A stretch of 64,000 nt of DNA from Psammoneis japonica (taxonomy: Eukaryota), in contig QPGO01000085.1 in NCBI GenBank assembly GCA_008632985.1, forward strand, positions 248,001-312,000, in the 5' to 3' direction. The position numbers were made by a program, and so were the translations under genes. Below, in pieces: positions 48,700-59,611 of the stretch. The notes under the pieces are model-generated. The model was not told the origin of the DNA and did not search any database. It saw only the letters and a program-made list of their open reading frames with translations. Every line of letters starts with the position of its first letter. The first letter of the stretch is position 1.

Positions 48700-49835
48700 G
48701 GTGAGATTGGTTTCATTTCACACTTTTCAAAATTTGCAGGGTTCATCACTTAAATTGCAGGAGTGTGCCAGGTTGCATGGGATGCAATGACAGCACACCA
48801 AGCAGCATGATTTGGCGTTGGCATTGCGGTGCACAATCCTTGTCCACTGACCATGGGAGCACTGTTGACAATGAAGTCAAGAACTCTCTCAACTGACATG
48901 CATGAATGAGAAAAAAATTCACAGCTGAACCTGCAGGCAGCAACCATCCTCTGGCTTTGATGCCAAAAAAGTGCCGCGCAACTTCTTGTGGATCTTCTTG
49001 TGCCGCTGCACAACATTGCACTCCCACCTGTGTTTTGGTGCAGTGTGTGTGGGCACTGGCAGCAGTTTTCAACACAAAGCAGATGCTGTGTTCAAACTCA
49101 ACTAACTTCAAAGGTTTTGTCATCACTTGTGACAGGTTCCAAAGATGCAAAGACAAGTGCCCACCATGTCTTTGCTCCAGATGATTGAAAAGCAGATCAA
49201 GGAAAGTTTTGAAAATGTTCCTTCCTCTCGCATTGTCAAGCCCACCCTCTGACAAGCCATGTGTGTAGGTTGTGAGTCCAAAAAACAGGGTTTTGACCAA
49301 TTTCTGGCACAAAAATCACGTGAAAAATTCATGCAGAACATCTTGTTTGCAGCGCTTTTCCCATGCTTTGTAAAAAAAAACAGATCACAGCCTCAAAGAA
49401 TCAATTTCAGCCACACAACGGCTGACACTTTGCACACTTGCTTTTGACAACAGACATGACAATGTCTGCCATTTGTCAAAATTGCACCATCATTGGAAAA
49501 TGCTTGCTGCAGTGGGCCACAATGACACGTCGATCAAATTTCTGAAAATGGAGTTTTGACATGTTCGTGCACAGAATTGCGCTGCTTGTGCACAAGTCAT
49601 CATGCAAAGTGTCAAGATTGGTTTCCTTTTACACTTTTCAAATTTGGCATTCTCCTTCACTTAAATTGCAGGAGTGTGGCAGGTTGCATGGGGTGCAATG
49701 ACAGCGCATTGAACAGCATGATTTGACATTGGTGTCGCAGTGCATGACGATCCCTTGTCCACTGACTGGCAGAGCACTGTCGATGAACTTCTCGACTCAC
49801 TCGACTGACACGCACGAATGAGAGAAAAATCAACA
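48700..49835. repeat. Two ~220-bp diverged direct repeats (48700-48920, 49612-49835)
   Basis: gattggtttc..acacttttcaaa...cacttaaattgcaggagtgtg.caggttgcatgg...tgtccactgac...gaatgaga.aaaa in both. Confidence 0.8.
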
Positions 49836-49915
49836 GATGCGAACTTGAAACTGGAACATCGAACATCATCACTCTAGTTGGAAACACCATCGACGCATGT
49901 GACACATTTTGTTGC

Positions 49916-50910
49916 ATGTCTTCAACATTGCCACTCCTCCTGACCTCCAAGCAAGCATGTCCCGACGAAACACATCTCAACATGAACCCCACAGAAGTGA
50001 ATCCTCATGGCAGCCAAAAGCATGATTTCGATGCCCTGGACGACATTGAGGATTTCACAGATCAAGTCGCAGATGCATGCCGGTGCGAGAAGGTGCGGGC
50101 TGATGATGTCATGCCCCCGGTGGATCCATCCTTCGTCGGCAGCTGCAACACACAACAGTCGGAACGTGTCTCTTCAAGTTTTCCTGCCAGCAAAAATGTG
50201 ACAGAATCGACCATTTCGGACGATCATCGGCACGATTCCTCTGATCCCACCAGAGTCGGTCCTGCGCAAGATCATGCTTTGCTTGATGCGGATCTCAAGT
50301 GCATTGACAAATCCACCTTCTGCATCGAGCAACAAGGAGAACATTTCGCCCAATTCCTCTTCTCCAAGAGGTTCATCCTGCTGGTCAACAAGTCGAGAGC
50401 ATCGAGGAGCCAAAATTTTCACCGAGCAAAGATGATCGCATCCACGTTGACGGAGAGCCATCAATGAATGACATCATTGTGGGAAGAGGTGGTGGGACCA
50501 ATCTCCATCAAGGCAATGGGAAGCTTCGTGGCATGCTTGTGAACCACAAAGGTGACTGCTCTTGCCTTCGGAAAGAAAAGGGGCAAAAAGAAAAGAAAAC
50601 CGACCTGGGCCACAAGATTGTTGATGAGATCGTAGATGCGACAGGGCCCTTTGTGAAGAAGGAAGCAATCTTTGAGGAAGAACCAACCACCAAGGTGGCA
50701 ACAACAGATGGGTGCTGCCATCTGACAGGACAAAACTTGAAGACGCTGCCGAAAGCAGCCAAGAAGCCTTCCAAGAACAAGTCGGCTAAGAAGAAGATGA
50801 TCACGAAGCCAATCGCCCATCGCTGTTACCTTTTGACGAGATCGGAAGCAAGGAAGAAGGTTTGGCAAGCAATGAGAGACCTGGAAGATCTCAAATGGAC
50901 CACCTGTTGA
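49916..50910 (+). pseudogene. DUF6824-domain gene, disrupted and TpA-depleted
   Basis: NDIIVGRGGGTNLHQGNGKLRGMLV...KKTDLGHKIVDEIV...GPFVKK...EARKKVWQAMRD fits the diatom DxxxGRG...HxGN...KxxQAxRD pattern; break at ~50465. Confidence 0.75.
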
Positions 50911-51442
50911 TGTGGAGTGTGAACGCACAAGCGTCCGAAAGAAAGACTCCTCTGCTTCAGTTTTTGCATTGACGTGCATGACACAACTTGGCAGCAAACA
51001 TTTTTAGACATGTTCACATTTGCATGAAATTTATCCATGTGACCTTCTCCTCTCTTCTGGTTTGCGCTTGAGACGAGACCTTCCCCTGAATCTGTGTCCA
51101 TTCCACGTTTCTCATTGTTTGATTTCAGGCCTTGCGTCTCACATTGAATTGACCTCGCACAACTTGCAGACCTCAAAATGCACGCCAAATTTGATGTGAA
51201 CATTTTAGTTTCATGTTTGGAGAATGGCATGTCGCCAGTCTTCCCTTTTTTCTGCTCATTGCGCACTGTCTCCCTGTGGGGACATGCCGAATGATTTTAG
51301 CCAGTGGCTAAAATTTTGTGTGGACACATGCCAGGTTTGTACGCTGGTGTGTTTTCCACACAGAAAATGTTTGCTGTCCTTTTTACTGACACTGCAAATG
51401 TCACATCTGTGACAGTTTGCTGCTGACCACAACGCTCGTTAA

Positions 51443-54400
51443 CGCCAATCAGGAACAAGCACCACACGTGGTGTTTCAAAAAATTGACACACCACATGTG
51501 GTGTTTCAATTTTTGATTCGGCGATTGTGTCCGATAAAATCAGGTTTAAGCCCCAAGTGACTGCATGAACGAATTCTTCGTACTCGTAAACATGCATTTC
51601 CACTCTTCGATCGTCTCCGTGTGACCTTTAGTCGTTGAGCAGTGCCTGTCGAAAGTGCGGCATTTTCGCGCAATTTTTCCGGCAAAACTGCTTCCACCAT
51701 GACGGATGAAACTGTGTCACCCGACGAGGTAGAACATTCCCTCCCACCACCTCTCTCTCCTGTTGGGATACATAGACAACAGACAAACGTTGCTGACATG
51801 TTGACAGGTGGCATTGATGTTCCCAATTCGCCCCGTGCTTTCGAGGAACAATTTCAACAAATTGCAGCCGGCATCACGGAACAAGAGCAACAAGACGTAC
51901 AAGCCGTTGTGCATCCGCCGCCGGCCAAAAAGTCAAGGAATCGTTTTTCTTATGCAAGGAAGAAGTTCCTTGGTTCCACCAAGTTGTTTGTGAAGCCTCA
52001 GCACCAACAGTTACACTCCAACCAGTTCTTTGAAGCAGTGCAGATTGAGGGCACCACAGTCGGTTGCCCGCGAAAAAAGAATGACTGGAAGTTCACAATC
52101 AAGTGGGATAACCTGTCATCTTTGCCATCAACAATGGACAAGGATCATGCACGCTGCCAGCTGCCAAATGACGTGCACACTCAAAACATGTTAAGAGAAG
52201 CAATGGCATCGTATGACGCCATGGTTTCACCCAGGACGCGCAAGGATGCGCCCGAGTCGACGCGCCAAAACACCACTCCAGTCGCCGCCCAGCCGGTCGC
52301 CGCAACGCCCGCAATGAACACTCCCCCAACAGTGGAGCGTGCTCAACGTGCAGCTGCCTTGAGAACTGCTGATTCCATTGGCTCCACCGCACACAGTCTC
52401 AGCTCAGCAAGCACTGGTGCCAGACAACCCGCTGCCGTAGAAGCAGCAGCAGCGCCACCAACCGCCACGCCAATTTTGCGAAGTGACACTTCTCAATGGG
52501 AATCCGATTCGGATGATGGCTCTGACTATGATCCATTTGACAATGCATGGACTTGGGATCCCAGTGAAGAAGCGACAGACAAGTGCTGCTATGATGACGG
52601 CGAGGAATGTGACAATGATGATGCTGATGATGATGTTGACACTGCTGACGCCACTGACGCTGCCGCCAATGATGTTGAGGATTGTTCTGACTTTGCCAAG
52701 CTGGTTGATAAATTGGTTTGGAAGTTTGCCATTTGTGAGGAAGATGTAGATTTGTTTTCCGATGATGAAGCTTCGCAACCAAATGAACTGCACTCTGGAC
52801 CGCATGGATTGAAACCAGGTGTTGCCACATCCTTCAACACACCCACAGAGGCGGCAGCAGCATGTGGTGGGCTTGACCATTTCTTTGTATCCCGATTGGC
52901 TTGCAACTCTAATGCATGCTTCAACCATTTCACAAAACCCACCCTTGGCAAGAATGGATGGCACCACAGTTTGAAATGGAAACCTGTCACTGCTGACGAA
53001 ATGTGTCATTTCCTTGGAATTGTGCTCATGACATCTTTGTCTCCCAGAGATGCTGGTGGATGCTGTGCCCATTTTGCGGAAGAAGACATTGTGTTGGAAT
53101 CCAGTGCAAGCAGGAATGGAAAGAAGAGACGCATTCCCAATTCAGCTGGCTTCGCACACAAGCACATGGACTTGCGCCGATTCAAGCAGATGCGAGGAGC
53201 CTGCCATCCCGAAGAGAAGGCGGCATCCATGGGTGGTGACAAGTGCCATCAGCTGCGCCAATCCCTCAATCAATTGAATGCAGCTTCGAGGCGCACGTTC
53301 ACACCTGGAACGCATTTGGCCTTTGACGAAGGTGGTGCAAGCTGTCACTCTCGGTTTTGTCCTGTGCAACAGCACAACAAAGACAAGCCTGATGAATGTT
53401 GTGCAGAGTTCTTTATGCTGGCGGATGCAACCAACAAATTTCTCATTCATGTTGACGTTTGTCAAGGCAAGAATGAAACCAACACCTTCATCAACGAAAA
53501 GTGCCACAATCTTCCCACGACACAGAAGGCGGCAGTGAACGCAATCATGCAGTCGGGGCTTCATGCAGCATCCGAGCATGGCTGGAGACATGTGGCACTC
53601 GACAACCGGCACCAATGTCCACAGTTGGCGGCCATTTTGCGGGACAACTGCCACATGCACAGCACAGGAACTGTTCGCACCAATCGCAAGGGTTGGAACT
53701 CCACTGTCATGAACGTTGCGGCCAAGGACAAGCGTGGTTCATTTAAGATGGCTTGTGACAAAGTGAACAAAATGCAGATTCTACAGTGGCGCGACAGCAA
53801 GGTGGTGAATTGCTGCACCTCCCTTGTCTCCACAGAGGTCAGCGAGGTTCAACGTTGAGTCGGAAGTCTCAAATTGACTGTCCCCGTGCCGCGTCTGTTG
53901 AAAACCCACCAAGAAACAATGAGTGCAGTTGACCAATCTGACCAGTCCTGTTTGCATGGTGGTGGCTTCGCAAACAAAGCCCATTTCAAGAAGTGGCACA
54001 AAAGGTGCGACTTGGGAATGAAAGATTTGATGCTTCAGCAAGGGATGGTCGGATGGAAGTTGTCTTGCAAGGAGGTGAAAGACCGGAATGACATGTTGCG
54101 ATGGGAGTTTCTGGTTTGGGTTGCGCAGGACTTCATGGAGTTCAGAAGCGCTGACAGGCTTGTTCCACATCCACCGAGCTTGTTGGCACGTGCTCGTGCA
54201 AGCCGTGCCCAAATTTCAGCGGACGATCAACACAAACCCGTCATGACAACATCGTGTCACGACGTCTGCTCTGTTTGCATGTTGGAGTCGAACTGGAACA
54301 AAAACATTGGCTTGGCGGGAGTGAAGAAGTCAGTGGCAGCCTGCACAAAATGCAGTGTCGTAGCTCACAACTTCGTCCCTCTGGACGACAAGCGACAAAC

Positions 54401-56230
54401 ACACAAACTGCCGGAGTTCGCTGGCATGACATGCTTTGAGATACGACACTCTGAGACAGGCAAGGAAATTTGGAAGATGCATGGCGATGAACGGATGGAT
54501 GAAGAAGGCAGTAAGAAGAGAAGAGCATACTCCATCGTGAGGACGCATCGTGTGGTGCGTCATCTCAAAGAGATGCACAAACAAAATCAAACTGACGAGT
54601 AATGACATAATGTAAATTCGTTTTCATGCTGCAGCATTTTCACAATTGTCTTTTCCTAATGTTGTTAATTCCTGTGGTTCTTTCCTAATGAATAAAAGCC
54701 AATTTTCTGAGAATGGGTGAAGCTCTATTCTTGTTTGAAGCCAACGTACTCGGCTTCGGGAAACCTGAGATGGATTTCGTCGTACATGCATTGAGGAAGG
54801 CGCTTGCGATTGCCTTTTCCAAGGTATCCATTAATAAGTCGGCTGGCCTCTGTGTACAACTTCCACCTGATTTCTCTGTTAGTCTTGTGGAACGTAGCCT
54901 CATACTCGCCAAGGGCAATGAGGTGATCGTTGTGCTCGACGACAACACATGGATCGGAGCCACAATGGACGCATGTCTCCGCATCCGCGTCAGTCTCGTT
55001 ATCATCTTACACAAAAAAAGGAACAGCAGCAACGTGTCAGAAAGATGCTAGTGCAAGCATGGTGCAGCNNNNNNNNNNNNNNNNNNNNNNNNNNNNNNNN
55101 NNNNNNNNNNNNNNNNNNNNNNNNNNNNNNNNNNNNNNNNNNNNNNNNNNNNNNNNNNNNNNNNNNNNNNNNNNNNNNNNNNNNNNNNNNNNNNNNNNNN
55201 NNNNNNNNNNNNNNNNNNNNNNNNNNNNNNNNNNNNNNNNNNNNNNNNNNNNNNNNNNNNNNNNNNNNNNNNNNNNNNNNNNNNNNNNNNNNNNNNNNNN
55301 NNNNNNNNNNNNNNNNNNNNNNNNNNNNNNNNNNNNNNNNNNNNNNNNNNNNNNNNNNNNNNNNNNNNNNNNNNNNNNNNNNNNNNNNNNNNNNNNNNNN
55401 NNNNNNNNNNNNNNNNNNNNNNNNNNNNNNNNNNNNNNNNNNNNNNNNNNNNNNNNNNNNNNNNNNNNNNNNNNNNNNNNNNNNNNNNNNNNNNNNNNNN
55501 NNNNNNNNNNNNNNNNNNNNNNNNNNNNNNNNNNNNNNNNNNNNNNNNNNNNNNNNNNNNNNNNNNNAAGTTTTTTCCACTTTTGCCAAAGCCAGTGGGG
55601 GCTCGTCTTCTTTTGTCTCAGAAGCATAAGGTGCGTCTTTACGAAAAAAGCAAGGGGAACGTGGTTGATGAATGATGCGAGTACAAGTGTAGTGCACAAC
55701 AACAGAAAAAGACACCTGTGAAAAGACTTACCATCATCATAAGTCTTTTCAACTTTCACCTTTTTCAGGGGACGCTCGTCTTCCAGAACATCAATGTGAT
55801 AACTCTTCGGTTCGTCTGATGTCAAAAAAGCAAAGGCAGCGGAGCATGAGAACAAAACAATCATGCAACACGCTGTTGTAACGGAATGCTTGTTGCTGCT
55901 CGAAACGGGGTATACAGCAAAAAAGAAACACTTACCAGCTCCATAAGTCCTCGGGATATTTTCCTTATTGTTGTAAGACATTGTATTGCAGGGAAATACA
56001 GTTGCTAGCGATTGCAAAGCATGAAAAAAAATGACAACAACACTTGCAACTCGCTGCCGCCTCTTGGAGGGAGTGATGTTACGTACAGGTTACCCGCGAA
56101 ATCTTGAGCTTATTTCGATTCACGAGCGGCTTAAAAGTTAGTCACGAAACCAAATATGGTGGTTCAATTTTTGGCCCAACTCCAAATATGGTGTTTAAAA
56201 TATCTTAAAACGGGTTGTTTCCGATTGGCG
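51443..56230 (+). mobile_element. piggyBac-superfamily transposon with TTAA TSD
   Basis: TTAA|CGCCAATCAGGAACAA ... TTGTTTCCGATTGGCG|TTAA; paired subterminal accaNNNNtggtg motifs at both ends; contains a gap. Confidence 0.9.
51699..54602 (+). pseudogene. piggyBac-like (DDE_Tnp_1_7) transposase with one in-frame TGA (53856-53858)
   Basis: LAFDEGG, NKDKP, VALDNRH, STGTVRTNR, QWRDSKVV, MSAVDQSDQ, KKWHKR, C-terminal CSVC...CTKC...CF Cys-rich domain; the two ORFs share one frame. Confidence 0.92.
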
Positions 56231-56498
56231 TTAATATAAAATATGTAGTTTTTAAGCGTTTAAAAATAAATACAAAAACAAAAAACTGCAAATATATAGT
56301 ATGTATATAAAAGAAAACAATGGGGTGGCGTTAAAAGGCGTTATCATTAAATATATCGTATGCCAGGTGAAATGCGTAGAATTCTACGGGAGGTTTTTAG
56401 CCACTGGCTAAATTTATTCGGGATGTCCCCATACATACCATACCCGGCCCGTTGTGTGTTGTGTGTTGTGTGTTTAGTTTTGTGTTTGCGAATCCAGA

Positions 56499-58266
56499 AT
56501 GAGGGAGACGATGAACGTCACCGAATCGAGTGAGCAACCCTCTGTGGAAGAGAAAAAAGTCGCTTCAATCGGCAGCTACAGTCCCATCTCTACGCTGTGG
56601 TGGGATATTTCCGATTTGTCAAAGGATGAATCATCAGAAGAGCAGAGCACCATGAGTGATTACGAAAAAACCGAGCAAGAAGAGGCTTCTGACAACGATG
56701 AACTCTCCGACTCTGAAGATGAAGCAGTCGCTTCAGTCGGCAGCGACAGTGCCTCGAGAGATGCTGACCCCACGCCGTGTGCCTGTGATATTCCCGATTT
56801 GTCAACGGATGAATCATTAGAAGAGCAGAGCACCATGAGTGATTGCGAAAAAACCGAGCAAGAAGAGGCTTCTGACAACGAAGAACTATCCCACTCTGAA
56901 GTTGAAGCATGGTTTGAAAACGAAGCCTCTGCCACGGAAGACTGCAGTGACGATGAAGATGAGGACGAAAGCACTGCTGTCGCAGAAGAAGAAAATACTC
57001 AGGCGTGGAGGATGGATCCAATCCAGAGCAAAAGTGACTGGAAGATCTTGATCGAAAGGATTCTGGAGTGGACGAATATAACGTCCATCAGCTGGTGCTC
57101 ATCCGCACCATTGCTCCCCATAGCGACGTTTTCAAGAATGAACCTGATCACGAAGGCAAAGTATTGAAGAGGCAGAAAGGCGTCAGTCGCATCTCCATGC
57201 ACGATCTGGCAGCCGACATTTTTCCAGACTTCCTCGACTTTGTGTATTCGGAGGACGGGGCTTGCAGCTTTACTTCTGAGAATGCGACTGCTTTTGCATA
57301 CATCGCAGACCGCTTGGAGGTTGGCAGCTTGCACAAGAAGGTTAGTGACTTTTGGAACAATGACTTGAAGAACGAAAGCATGCATATATACTATGAGCAT
57401 GCTTCGATCCTCCAAGTCGAGCCCATCATCTGCAAGGTAGTCGACGTATTTGTGGACTCCTTGATGCAAGTTTCAACTGCAGCGCCAATTCTAGAGGTTG
57501 CCGACCCTCAGTTGTTGTTTTCGGTGATGCGTTCAGAAGATTTATCTTGTGATTATGAGTTCAATGGAACTAAAATCGAAATCTTGCAAACGGAACCAGA
57601 AGCAAGCCGCCATTTGAGTAAGCTGCTTGTTGCGCTTTCAAAGATACGCGTCATCTCCGCAGACGAATTCAGAGACCTCACCGATGATGATAACCTTCCC
57701 GAGATTGACCGTGAAGTGGCTTTAGAGTTGATTCGGCTGGAAAAAGAAATCACAGGAGATAACCAAGACGGTGAATGGAGCTTGAAAGAGCGGTGTCTCC
57801 GCAGTCTTCGTGAGAATATCAGGGATCTCGATTTCGATAATGACAGCGAAGTAGCCTCTTTCCTTGAGATCGAAACAACAAGAATGTAGTTGGCTTTTTT
57901 AAGAGTTGCCTTGATGAACTTGAAACTCAGTTAGCGAATGAACACGAAGATGAGATTGAAAGGATTAAAAGGGAGCGTGACGAAGAAAAAGCCAGGATTA
58001 AAAGGGAGCGTGACGAAGAAAGAACCAATTTGGAGAAGGAACTTGAATCAGCGAAAAAGAAGCAGAGATTATTATCGAAAGAGTTAGAACGTTTCTGCCT
58101 CGTTCCTCAGTCTGCATACAAGAAAGACATGGAAAGAACTACTGCACATGAGTCGCATAGGCTTCCGAGGGGCTCAGGTCAGAGGAACGTAGCCGCCTAC
58201 AGCTGGAACGGAAAGTACCTGTTCACGTACAAGCCCAGGCCCGAGGCGAAGAAGAAAGGCAATTAG
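56499..58266 (+). pseudogene. BTB/POZ-like protein with acidic N-terminus and coiled-coil tail; frame breaks at ~57060 and ~57880
   Basis: WRMDPIQSKSDWKILI / EYNVHQLVL...AADIFPDFLDFVYS...ENATAFAYIADRLEV; internal duplications at 56605-56900 and 57961-58021. Confidence 0.7.
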
Positions 58267-58659
58267 GTTAGAGATTTTTTATGTGCCGCCTGTGCTTGCA
58301 CTTTAAACTTGCACGAGAGCGGGTTAGTTACCATATATTCTACAACAATAACCGCTTTCTAGTCTTAGTTTTGGTCATTACAATTTGTTCGTTCTCTTTT
58401 TCGTGCCCGAATTGTCTTCACTTTTTTTCTAATTTAGATGCAACAATCGCACCAAGTTGGACAATGAGGTAGAGAATGCCCGCAAGCCTTACGAAGGGGT
58501 AGATAGACGTGATAGCCACTGCATCGCCGTCACAGCACTTTCTTCTGTTCTCTCTGAACAATCAGGGGGGAAACGCCATTGCCGTGTAACAGAAAAATCG
58601 CACTTACTCGGTCAACGACAATGCCATCCACGGTTTCACCGTTAACTATCACTTCCAAC

Positions 58660-59460
58660 ATGTCCACCGCCGACGCCGCTATCGACAAGAACTGCGATGA
58701 TGTTATCGTTCCTCATACCGTTAGGAGTAACAGCGACCGAAAGCGTATAGCCGAGGAACAAGGCGGTCGCAATGACCAAGAACATGGCAATGGAAAGGAA
58801 GAGAGTTTGTTCCAAAAGCTTGCTTGGGAAGACTTGTGGAGTCACGACTTTGAAACGGTTAGGAAAGCCACCAAGCAGCTTGCTTGTATGATTAAAGAGG
58901 ATCTCGGAAAGGCGAGAGCCATGAACATCGTCAGCGCAACTGGACACGGTGCGATTCTGCTGAAGAATATTGAAACATCTGTCGCTGACGCCAATCGAGA
59001 TTCTTTAGCTGTTGCTTACGCCCTTCACATTCTTACTCATCTCGTCACGAGCAATGCAGAGTGTAGAAAGGCTCTCGCGGCGACTCCCAAGGTCATCGAC
59101 ACCCTCATCAAGGCCATGCAGAAGTTTGCAAAAAACGGCCTCTGCTTCGCAAATGCATGCTGCTTCTTGCATCAGCTGACTCTAATCAACGACGACTTCA
59201 AGATCAAGATTGTCAAAGAGGGCGCGATTCCATTGGTCGTCGAAGGTATGGACAGCTTCTATTGCTCGAAGGTTGTACAAATGAATGGCGCTGGATTGCT
59301 TGCAATCTCCTTTGTGCAAAAGGAAACTAAAAAGACCGCTGAAGTAGCCAAGGCTGCCAAAGCTTTATCAGTGCTGGCTCGTGCCAGGGAGAACTTCCCA
59401 CACAATGTTGAAATCAAGAAACGTACCGCGAAGTGCATCAAATTCTTGATCGAGAACTGA
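58660..59460 (+). CDS. ARM-like protein (intact family member)
   Basis: KLAWEDLWSHDF, TGHGAILLKNIE, IVKEGAIPLVVEGM, ends CIKFLIEN*. Confidence 0.8.
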   Translation: MSTADAAIDKNCDDVIVPHTVRSNSDRKRIAEEQGGRNDQEHGNGKEESLFQKLAWEDLWSHDFETVRKATKQLACMIKEDLGKARAMNIVSATGHGAILLKNIETSVADANRDSLAVAYALHILTHLVTSNAECRKALAATPKVIDTLIKAMQKFAKNGLCFANACCFLHQLTLINDDFKIKIVKEGAIPLVVEGMDSFYCSKVVQMNGAGLLAISFVQKETKKTAEVAKAAKALSVLARARENFPHNVEIKKRTAKCIKFLIEN

Positions 59461-59611
59461 AGGTATTTGAAGAGGGTGAAAACGGAGATTGAATTCTCCG
59501 TAGTATTTTCCAACAGGACACGGTAACTAGTGCGTTGCGTCTCGTCTTTATATCAAAACCTCTGGCGAGAACTTTAGTAACGTAGATTCTAACTCCTTTA
59601 TATGTAGCACC

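Larger units (their letters stand above)
42370..55060. other. Hypermutated domain 3 (nested repeats, dead genes, piggyBac)
   Basis: TpA nearly absent from ~42380, with some retained at 51550-52900 and after ~54500; CpG depletion strongest at 43-49.5 kb. Confidence 0.9.
51277..56431. mobile_element. MITE-like element (37-bp TIRs, TA TSD) split by the piggyBac insertion
   Basis: TGGGGACAT[G/C]CCGAAT[GAT/AAA]TTTAGCCAGTGGCTAAAA at 51277-51313, inverted at 56395-56431; flanks TG (left) and TA (right). Confidence 0.85.

Noticed and set aside
51699..54602. Alternative genetic code, TGA readthrough or selenocysteine in the transposase
   Set aside because: The TGA fits CGA->TGA decay, and neighbouring genes use the standard code with normal Tyr.
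10870..55060. Classical fungal RIP or simple CpG deamination as the full explanation
   Set aside because: RIP raises TpA and AT content, and 5mC deamination cannot remove TpA. Paired copies show TA->TG/CA.
42370..55060. Horizontally acquired or viral DNA with intrinsically odd composition
   Set aside because: The same bias covers unrelated TE superfamilies, a copy of a neighbouring host gene and only one half of a split MITE. No viral hallmark genes were seen.
54930..55721. Long ORFs spanning the N runs (also 28794-29062)
   Set aside because: Artefacts of assembly gaps.
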